Origin: Massilicoli timonensis
Lineage (GTDB): Bacteria; Bacillota_I; Bacilli_A; Erysipelotrichales; Erysipelotrichaceae
Length of the DNA stretch: 32,000 nucleotides
Direction: 5' to 3'
Assembly: GCF_900199515.1 (NCBI RefSeq)
Contig: NZ_LT963433.1
Coordinates: forward strand, 90,001-122,000
Below the pieces are notes generated by a model. The model was not told the DNA's origin, made no database searches, and was given only the letters and a program-made list of their open reading frames with translations. How positions within the stretch are numbered: the stretch's first letter is position 1; the number at the start of each line of letters is the position of its first letter. A program made the translations under genes and the position numbers. Shown in pieces: positions 9,156 to 16,241 of this stretch.

Positions 9156-9941
9156 CTACAGTTCTGCTACACATATTTTATAAAACAATTTTCCAAGATT
9201 CGTTTTATTTATCATCTTTTTAGAATAAGAAAATTCAAATCCATCCACGGTTTTACGATTTAGATTTTTCTGATTTTTATAGAAATTAGTCTGTATGATA
9301 CTATCATATACCTTTTCATTGGTATAATAATCATCAGCAGGAACAGAAATCAAATTCTGTTTGGCTAAATTATCAATTGATACACCAACTAATTCTTGCG
9401 ATGCAATATTGATATCCGTAACATTTGTAATAATTGTTCTAAAGTGTCCTTCTTTATTCTTCATAACCAAATTAATCATTGGATTTATTTCCCTCTCCAT
9501 AATTTTCTTAAATATAAGAGCATCAAGAGGTGATATCTGCTTAATTATTTCGACAAAAGATGGATGTACTAATTCCTTCGTTTCAATGTACATTGATTTT
9601 GCCAAAAGATTTGCATATAAGTTTCGCAATTCTTCACTATTCATGCTGTATGCAATAGCCTGTATAGCTGGAACGGCAACATATGACTCTGGTGATATAA
9701 TTTTTTCATATTCTACTTTTTCTAGTTTTTGAGCCAATAGTTTTTTTGTTTCAGCAACATTGTATTCCTTTTGTGCAATCCATTGTCTAAGTGGTGCCAA
9801 TGCTGCATTAATGGTTTGCGGAATTAATGCAAGTACTTTTCCAGATTCTTTAGTTGCATCCTTTAAACCATCATCATATACCTCTGGTACTTTGTCTATT
9901 GCCTTTCCCATTCCTTGTGCTAATTTATCCAATCCGTCCAT
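9156..9941 (-). CDS. Abi-alpha / DUF4393-like protein (abortive-infection-associated family)
   Basis: 261-aa ORF. The N-terminal half (VYDDGLKDATKESGKVLALIPQTINAALAPLRQW...PESYVAVPAIQAIAYSMNSEELRNLYANLLAKSM) matches my recollection of the Abi-alpha/DUF4393 consensus. This line is very AT-rich (18 of 60 G+C at 9301-9360 by hand count). Confidence 0.65.
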   Translation of the reverse strand: MDGLDKLAQGMGKAIDKVPEVYDDGLKDATKESGKVLALIPQTINAALAPLRQWIAQKEYNVAETKKLLAQKLEKVEYEKIISPESYVAVPAIQAIAYSMNSEELRNLYANLLAKSMYIETKELVHPSFVEIIKQISPLDALIFKKIMEREINPMINLVMKNKEGHFRTIITNVTDINIASQELVGVSIDNLAKQNLISVPADDYYTNEKVYDSIIQTNFYKNQKNLNRKTVDGFEFSYSKKMINKTNLGKLFYKICVAEL

Positions 9942-10044
9942 TTAATCATTTTCCTTTCCCTTTTATCTTTTGCTGTCATTGATCACCAAAACAGCTTTCT
10001 ATACACATTGCTGATTTTTCTTATCGCTCTATTCTTCTCATTAA

Positions 10045-10884
10045 TCACTTTCCTAATTGTGGCAGATTGTTTAAACTTACCGTTTCCAGCGTCTGCAACT
10101 GCTGTACTGCTAACTGCCGAAGTAATTCCATTCGCTCTTTTTGGTTCTTCCCTTGATTAATCAGAACAGCATTATAACTTTCCAAATTTGCAAGCACCAA
10201 CAACTGATTTAGAGTTGCCACATCCCGCATATTCCCTTTTGCTGCTGGATTTTCATCTTTCCACTGTTTCGCTGTCTTACCAAACAAAACAACATTCAAC
10301 ATATCCGCTTCATTGGCATAGGTATATGCCACCTGTGCAGGTGTTAATTCTGGTGGAATCAAATTATCCTTAATTGCATCTGTATGTATCCTGTAATTTA
10401 GTTTAGATATTTCTCTGTTTAAGTTCCAATTCAAAGATAACCGGCTATTCTCATCTGCCTTTAATCTCCTGTAATCCTTCATGATATATAACTGGAATTC
10501 TGGAGAAATCCACGTTGCAAAAGACATGGCAATATCACTATGAGCATACGTTCCGCCATAACGTCCCGCTTTTGATACAATACCAATCGCATTCGTAGTT
10601 TCTATCCATTTCTTTGGTGACATTGTAAATGCATTTGCTCCTGCCTGCTTTCTAAACCCCTCGAATTCGAGGGGGTTAAAATCTGGATTGTGCAGTCTTT
10701 CCCATAATCCCAAAAATTCTATTACATCTCTATTTCTCATCCAATTTTGTATAACCGCTGTTGGGTCATCACTTTTATATCGAGCGATATCTGTCAATGA
10801 AATAAATTCATTTTCAAAGTCCTGCGTATAAATTCTGATATCTATCCCATTGGCATGAATCGTTTCTTTTATTACCTTTCCCAT
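10045..10884 (-). CDS. KilA-N domain-containing protein
   Basis: The sequence ISLTDIARYKSDDPTAVIQNWMRNRDVIEFLGLWERLHNPDFNPLEFEGF...GRYGGTYAHSDIAMSFATWISPEFQLYIMKDYRRLK is the typical Firmicutes KilA-N architecture. I place the start at ATG 10884 (AGGAGG 5 nt upstream) rather than the track start at 10908. Confidence 0.85.
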   Translation of the reverse strand: MGKVIKETIHANGIDIRIYTQDFENEFISLTDIARYKSDDPTAVIQNWMRNRDVIEFLGLWERLHNPDFNPLEFEGFRKQAGANAFTMSPKKWIETTNAIGIVSKAGRYGGTYAHSDIAMSFATWISPEFQLYIMKDYRRLKADENSRLSLNWNLNREISKLNYRIHTDAIKDNLIPPELTPAQVAYTYANEADMLNVVLFGKTAKQWKDENPAAKGNMRDVATLNQLLVLANLESYNAVLINQGKNQKERMELLRQLAVQQLQTLETVSLNNLPQLGK

Positions 10885-11043
10885 TGTACCTCCTACAACC
10901 ATGTCCAATATTTTCTTCTTGTTACTAACATCTTACTTAAAGTCTTTTACTTCTTACTTTCATCTTCCCACATCTCCCGATACGCTTCAATATAAAATTT
11001 GATGCATCTCGGGTAAACATATAAATATCTTCTACACGCCTTT

Positions 11044-11226
11044 TTATACAGCCCCAATATTTTTTTCATCCCATGCAAAATCCAGTAAACAATCTAGAAT
11101 ATGTGACAGTTCATCTTCTGATACTTTTCTGCTACACACATCTTCAACCAATGGCAAATAGACACCATACGCTTCTTGATAAAGTTTACTGATTTTCTCC
11201 GCAATCTGATATGTACTTTCTTCCAT
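11044..11226 (-). CDS. Small hypothetical protein (60 aa) overlapping the stop of the methyltransferase remnant
   Basis: ATG 11226-11224 overlaps the upstream TGA in a TGATG arrangement. The track start at 11229 is a TTG. No recognisable motif. Confidence 0.4.
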   Translation of the reverse strand: MEESTYQIAEKISKLYQEAYGVYLPLVEDVCSRKVSEDELSHILDCLLDFAWDEKNIGAV

Positions 11227-11669
11227 CAAATCACCTCAAAATATTTAAGAGCATCCTTTATTGCCTCCACTTTCTCTTTCGGTGGATGCTTTCTCGGTTG
11301 GTTCAATTCTTCAACAGCATTAGAGGCATCATACATTGTCAGCCCCAGAGACCTTTTTACTTCTGCGATATATGCAGTATGTACCTTGAATCCATATTTC
11401 TTCTCAACATACTCCTGTATCATTTTATATGTAATTTTCGGTTTCGGGTGATACTTTTTCGCCCGTTCTGCAATCGCATCCAACGATATCTTATCATCGC
11501 TTTCTCCAAATTCCACCTTTACGTTTATAACACTATCCGGTGACTTGTGGGACAAAAGTACCACCGTCTCCACGTGGCTTGACTGGATAGGCTGAATGTC
11601 TTCGTCGATTTTACGAGCAAGGGAACATATCCACAGCCTTTTCCGTGTTTTAGCCGTTTGTGGGAACAT
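11226..11669 (-). pseudogene. 3-prime remnant of a RumA/RlmD-like class I SAM-dependent RNA (uracil-5) methyltransferase gene with a Clostridia-type C-terminal extension
   Basis: The 147-aa ORF contains DMFPQTA and HVETVVLLS. These are hallmark C-terminal motifs of RumA-type methyltransferases and are normally contiguous. The tail ...KVHTAYIAEVKRSLGL...KHPPKEKVEAIKDALKYFEVI follows. The SAM-binding and TRAM parts are entirely missing, and the ORF begins 3 codons after the stop of the neighbouring gene. Confidence 0.65.
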
Positions 11670-11672
11670 ATC
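11621..11672. repeat. Direct 11-bp repeat GGGAACATATC (two copies, offset 41 bp) at the methyltransferase-remnant junction
   Basis: Copies at 11621-11631 and 11662-11672. On the minus strand each reads GATATGTTCCC (Asp-Met-Phe-Pro), but the two copies are in different reading frames. Confidence 0.9.
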
Positions 11673-11678
11673 TATAAT

Positions 11679-12284
11679 TCAACTCTTTTTCGGCAACTTA
11701 AAGTCGAATTTTCCACCTAATGCAGCCGTGCCAATTCCTACCGCAGTAAGCACAACAAAACTTGCTGCACCAAGAACTTTCCAGTTAAACTCTTTCTTTT
11801 CCGTATCCTTCTTATCGGCCATACGAGCCATTTCCATCTCGTGTTCACGAATTTCGGTATCCTTTTTATCTACAGCATTAAAAATTTCCATCTGACGGTC
11901 CAGTATATCCTTTTGCTGTTCCGGTGTTAAATTTGGATTATCGAGGCACTTGCTTAAATCCGCACGAACCTTGTCTGCATACTCTATAAATTCTTTTCTG
12001 CTGTCAGATGCATTGTCTACTTCTTTGCTTATAATTCCATAGACCTGATTTGTACTTTCATCGTCACTCGCAACAATCTTTTCCAAAATATCTTTATATT
12101 CGGCCATCGTGGATTGTATGAGTTTTGCCAGTTCAGGGAACTGTGCGATTACTTGCTGAGCAACTTCCGGACGCAACTCATTTAGTTTTGACGCATAGCT
12201 CAACACATCATTTTTTGATAAATTTCTAAAGTCTGTTCTTTCCATAAGAGAGAGAATTTGTTTTTCGTTGCTTGTATATTCCAT
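11679..12284 (-). CDS. Hypothetical helical protein with a C-terminal transmembrane anchor (operon gene 4)
   Basis: 201-aa ORF with RBS AAGGAGAAGG. The body is charged and helical (EIREHEMEMARMADKKDTEKKE). A single hydrophobic segment, WKVLGAASFVVLTAVGIGTAALGG, sits near the C-terminus. No family recognised. Confidence 0.8.
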   Translation of the reverse strand: MEYTSNEKQILSLMERTDFRNLSKNDVLSYASKLNELRPEVAQQVIAQFPELAKLIQSTMAEYKDILEKIVASDDESTNQVYGIISKEVDNASDSRKEFIEYADKVRADLSKCLDNPNLTPEQQKDILDRQMEIFNAVDKKDTEIREHEMEMARMADKKDTEKKEFNWKVLGAASFVVLTAVGIGTAALGGKFDFKLPKKS

Positions 12285-12296
12285 TCTTCCTTCTCC

Positions 12297-13841
12297 TTAA
12301 TTTAATTTATCTGGTGGGTCGAAATCCTCATCCGCACACTTACGAATGATTCGCTTTGTTTTCTCAATAGGTAGTGGAACATTTTCTTCACTGAAATATT
12401 CGATGTTTACTACCTCTACAACCGCCTCATGGTTGTCCTTGCCTGCGGGTACAAGCACGAAATCACCGATTTCAATGCTATCATCCTCGGTCAGATAATA
12501 ATAACTCTTATATCCTTCATCAAAGGTAACGCTGCAAAAGATGTATTCCGACTTGCGGCGTTTTGCTTTGCCGTAGACCGATGGGTCAAGAATTTCTCCC
12601 AAACCATAGAAACGAATGAAATCAAACACTGTTTCCGCAAAATCCGAAAAGTCCTCTGGCAGACCATTTTTATCGTAACTGCCCATGATGGTACGGGGCG
12701 GATTTTTCTTATACTCAATTGTTATGGTATAATCTTTCGTTTCGTTTGGTGTGTCTATCACATCATCGGGATTTCCTTCAGTGCGAGTAAACAAGTCCTC
12801 TGCATCGAAATTTTCAAGCAGGCTCTCAATTCCGCCTTCAATTTCATACTTACGAGAAACTTTACATCCGGTACCGATATTCTGAATATGCTCCAATGTT
12901 TCCGTGGTTCTATCGATAATCAGCCGCTCGGTATAATCCCAGGTTACAAATTCCCAATCTGCGTCTTCCGGTTTCTGACCGGGTTTTATTTTTGTGACCC
13001 TGTGGTAATCCAGCGTGATTTTATTTATCATGTCCGGTTTGCAATTTCCATCAAAAACATACAAATCATCCATACCAACAGTATCACGGACAAGGTCTGA
13101 TAAATCTGTGCCTTCATAATCAAATTCAGCACACAGAGAACCTCTGAATTTATATGTGATACCTTCGGTGTTGGTTAGTTCCATGACCCAATCACCAATA
13201 TCCGTTGCAAAAATTTCTGTATATTCGTTGCTAAAATAAGCTGCTATTGCTCCAAACAAATTGTCTGCTGCCGACTTATCAATTTTGAAGTTCTTACTTC
13301 TGGCTTTCTCGTATCGTTCTCCACCGTAGCCATAATTATATCCCGAAAACCAAACACGCCCTTCATTATTGATTGTCAGATGCTGTTCCACCTCTTCATC
13401 CGGCTCCGGCATAGGACCGTAGCAGATATTATTTGATACGATACGCATCTTCTTTAGTGTGCCTTGGAATATAAAAGGGTTCTCCCCAGACAGCAATGCC
13501 AGCCTGCTTAATGCCAGGATAAACCATGCACGGTTTTGCGGCTCCAAGATTTCTGCACCTGTGTATGCCCAATGATTGAAATAGCGCCATTGAGAATAGA
13601 TTGCAGAACCAAGCAAGGGAATATCGGTCACATCATCAATAATCCTGTCTAAAGCCTCATGATTGTTTGCGGCGTTGCCATATTTCTCTGAAAAGGCATG
13701 ACCACAGTCCATCTCAAAACCAAGTGTATCGCAATCGTCGGCCATATAGTGGTCAACAAGTTCTATGTAGTTGATGTTTTGGTCTCTGAACTTATCACAC
13801 CATTTCACAGCGAAATCGTGTATCTGTTTCATATCAGCCAC
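12297..13841 (-). CDS. Hypothetical 514-aa protein with no recognisable family (operon gene 3)
   Basis: Long uninterrupted ORF with a GTG start 9 nt downstream of AGGAGG. It lies 12 nt upstream of gene 4 and 33 nt downstream of gene 2. Acidic, with no catalytic motif I can name. Confidence 0.8.
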   Translation of the reverse strand: MADMKQIHDFAVKWCDKFRDQNINYIELVDHYMADDCDTLGFEMDCGHAFSEKYGNAANNHEALDRIIDDVTDIPLLGSAIYSQWRYFNHWAYTGAEILEPQNRAWFILALSRLALLSGENPFIFQGTLKKMRIVSNNICYGPMPEPDEEVEQHLTINNEGRVWFSGYNYGYGGERYEKARSKNFKIDKSAADNLFGAIAAYFSNEYTEIFATDIGDWVMELTNTEGITYKFRGSLCAEFDYEGTDLSDLVRDTVGMDDLYVFDGNCKPDMINKITLDYHRVTKIKPGQKPEDADWEFVTWDYTERLIIDRTTETLEHIQNIGTGCKVSRKYEIEGGIESLLENFDAEDLFTRTEGNPDDVIDTPNETKDYTITIEYKKNPPRTIMGSYDKNGLPEDFSDFAETVFDFIRFYGLGEILDPSVYGKAKRRKSEYIFCSVTFDEGYKSYYYLTEDDSIEIGDFVLVPAGKDNHEAVVEVVNIEYFSEENVPLPIEKTKRIIRKCADEDFDPPDKLN

Positions 13842-13874
13842 TGTGGTACACCTCCTATCTGTTTACTTCTACTT

Positions 13875-15566
13875 TTATCCAAGCAACTGACGAATCTTAG
13901 CAGTCAGCAGTTCTTTACGCTTTTCATAGAACTCTTCAAAGTTCTCCAGTTCAAGAGAAACATCATCCGGGATAAGTGCCTCTTTACGGAACATTGCTCT
14001 CTGTTCGTCATTCATATCGTTGTAGTAATCTACAAGGCGCATAGCATTTTTACTGCCGTTACTTCTGCCTTCCAGCAACTGAAGATTCGGCAGGCGATTT
14101 CGGTTGCCACGCCATCTACGCCAATCCTCCATTGAAACGCTGATAGGCTTAGTACTGTCAAACCTATCATACGGATGAAGATGGTCTTGCTCGTATTTAA
14201 AGGTTTTGTTTATCCAGTCGATACCCAAGAAGTAAAGAGCCTCGCCAGCAACACGGCTACCTTTTTCAGAATTTATAATGTCATCGATTTTACCATCTGT
14301 TACACGCAGGTCATTCATCTGCTCAAGCATATCAATAGTGATTTCGTATTCGTTATTATTGATGTTGCTCTTCATCTGCTGCAGTTTACTTGTTGTGCCA
14401 GATTGGAAATATGTAAACAGAACGGCTCTAATCAAATATGCCTTGATACCGTCAAGATTATTTGCATAGTCGGGATTGTAGTATATGAAATAAATGATAG
14501 GCAAAAGCACGTTCCAGCTACTTGCGAAACGGCTAACCTCGATTTTCATACCCTTAAGCACAGTTTCAAGATTTTTCAACGCCTTCTTGAAGTCCTGCCA
14601 GTTGTTCTTGAGGTCTTCTGCAATCTGCTTATTGATATTAGACTTAATAACATCACCATAGAGCATAAGAGCAGAACGGACAATAAAATCCGAACCGAAC
14701 CCCTCGTATGAGTCAACCAGAAGTCTTCCGAATTCTGTTTTGGCGTTAGGCCAATATGCCTCCAAAATAGACATAGTTATTTCGTGCTTTTTAAGAGCCT
14801 TACCACCGCTATTAAAACGGACGAACATTTCCAAAGCATCGTCCTGGTTCATATTTTGGATTTCTGTATATCGAATCAACTTTTCTACAAAAATCTTGTT
14901 GTATAGTTTATTAAGAATACCACGAGCATAATCCTTGCTGTCAGCAGGAACATTCACTATAGCCGCCTCTATGGCTTGTTCTCTTGTGGTTTCATCCTGG
15001 AATTTACTACCGAGAATTTCCTTGATTTCGAACTGCGTAGGACTTAATTTGCCCACCTTCTCGGTGAATTTTATATCATATTTTTTACTGTTGTACTCTT
15101 CTTCATCAACGGTGAGCTTATGCTTGTTCAATTCAATTACAAGTTTAACCACCGTACCACCAACTGCTGTCCTTCTCGCATATTTTTGTTTCACATATGC
15201 TTGACCGAGAAGTGACAAGAAGAGAGATGTAAGACGCTGCTGCCCATCTAACACAGCAGTATCGGTTATTTTCACATTAATGTTGCTTAATTCGTAGTTC
15301 ACGCTAACAGCCTGTTTTCTACTATCGAAACTTACCTCGGATAGGAAGTTGCAGAAATATGTATCCCAACTGACATTATCATCGTCCACGTGCCAGAACA
15401 GGAATGTAGCGATCGGGTAATCCAAAAGAATGGAGTCCCACAGTTTTTCAATCTGCTCCATATTCCACACATACTGTCTTTGGAACGCCGGCATAACATA
15501 TTTGCCGTTTTTTATATTTTCCAAAGCCTCATAAATAGTGATGCTATTATCTATCAAAACGCTCAT
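13875..15566 (-). CDS. DUF262 (ParB-like NTPase/nuclease) + DUF1524-like His-Me finger protein, GmrSD/BrxU/SspE-like (operon gene 2)
   Basis: 563-aa ORF. N-terminal motifs PAFQRQYVW and LDGQQRLTSL (encoded at about 15230-15255). C-terminal QDHLHP...NRLPNLQLLEGRSNGSKN (about 14060-14190). The start lies 2 nt after the gene 1 stop, with GAGGAGG inside the end of gene 1. Confidence 0.85.
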   Translation of the reverse strand: MSVLIDNSITIYEALENIKNGKYVMPAFQRQYVWNMEQIEKLWDSILLDYPIATFLFWHVDDDNVSWDTYFCNFLSEVSFDSRKQAVSVNYELSNINVKITDTAVLDGQQRLTSLFLSLLGQAYVKQKYARRTAVGGTVVKLVIELNKHKLTVDEEEYNSKKYDIKFTEKVGKLSPTQFEIKEILGSKFQDETTREQAIEAAIVNVPADSKDYARGILNKLYNKIFVEKLIRYTEIQNMNQDDALEMFVRFNSGGKALKKHEITMSILEAYWPNAKTEFGRLLVDSYEGFGSDFIVRSALMLYGDVIKSNINKQIAEDLKNNWQDFKKALKNLETVLKGMKIEVSRFASSWNVLLPIIYFIYYNPDYANNLDGIKAYLIRAVLFTYFQSGTTSKLQQMKSNINNNEYEITIDMLEQMNDLRVTDGKIDDIINSEKGSRVAGEALYFLGIDWINKTFKYEQDHLHPYDRFDSTKPISVSMEDWRRWRGNRNRLPNLQLLEGRSNGSKNAMRLVDYYNDMNDEQRAMFRKEALIPDDVSLELENFEEFYEKRKELLTAKIRQLLG

Positions 15567-15568
15567 CG

Positions 15569-16087
15569 TTATGCCTCCTCGATATAAAAGCTATTTTTAT
15601 ATTTCATAAGGGTTTCTTCTACTTCGTCCCAAATCCAAACCCTCTCACCATCGTCCTCAAAAACTTTACCGTGCGATTTAGGACCATCTAATTTCATCTG
15701 AGAGTAGTTATTCTTGAAAGTAGGAACGTATAAATCTGGGCGTTCTTTATCACTACATAAACGCTCCATCATATTCAAAGTAGCCTCTCCTGCAATGTCT
15801 ACAGACATAAAATATGCTTTTATGATTTTATGGTTATATTGGTTAGGTTTCAATGCCCACATAGGTATACGCTGCACAGCCTTGCCATAAAAATCTTTTT
15901 CATCAGTGTCTATTGGTCTTGTTACCTTTGGTGTATATTCCTTTGATGCACTCTCAAAAGTCTTAGCTATATACCAACGAAGGCACGATTCTGCAGCCTC
16001 GTCTGATGTTTCACCGGAAAGATTAAGTGCCATATTAAATTTATCATATACATCTGCATCTACATTAAATGAAATGTTCTTCTTCAT
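15569..16087 (-). CDS. Ribbon-helix-helix-like N-terminal domain protein with an unknown C-terminal domain (operon gene 1)
   Basis: I start it at ATG 16087 (GGAGG at 16099-16095, 7-nt spacer), giving 172 aa: MKKNISFNVDADVYDKFNMALNLSGETSDEAAESCLRWYIAKT. That is a beta-strand then two helices, as in CopG/Arc-type proteins. The track's longer start at 16153 would run through the promoter. Confidence 0.75.
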   Translation of the reverse strand: MKKNISFNVDADVYDKFNMALNLSGETSDEAAESCLRWYIAKTFESASKEYTPKVTRPIDTDEKDFYGKAVQRIPMWALKPNQYNHKIIKAYFMSVDIAGEATLNMMERLCSDKERPDLYVPTFKNNYSQMKLDGPKSHGKVFEDDGERVWIWDEVEETLMKYKNSFYIEEA

Positions 16088-16124
16088 CAAATTGCCTCCG
16101 TTCACATAAAATAATACATCATAA

Positions 16125-16153
16125 ATTATACTACAAATTAGTAATTTTGTCAA
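16125..16153 (-). promoter_or_regulatory. Consensus sigmaA-type promoter for the four-gene operon
   Basis: Minus strand TTGACA (16153-16148), a 17-nt spacer, then TATAAT (16130-16125). It lies about 38 nt upstream of the gene 1 start codon. Confidence 0.65.
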
Positions 16154-16183
16154 TACTAACAGACTAATTCACAAGCATCAACC

Positions 16184-16223
16184 ATAAAAACACCTCGGTA
16201 TCTGTACATTCTGATACCGAGGT
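16184..16223 (-). terminator. Rho-independent terminator after the recombinase module
   Basis: Perfect 11-bp stem ACCTCGGTATC (16192-16202) / GATACCGAGGT (16213-16223) with a 10-nt loop. On the minus strand it is followed by TGTTTTTATGG. Confidence 0.7.
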
Positions 16224-16241
16224 TCGTTACTTTATGCCGTA

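Noticed and set aside
12429-14135. Plus-strand ORFs (223 aa, 145 aa) antisense to operon genes 2 and 3; considered as possible antisense or antitoxin genes
   Set aside because: They have no RBS or promoter signals and their translations are Ile/Phe-rich low-complexity sequence, typical of the reverse strand of AT-rich coding sequence.
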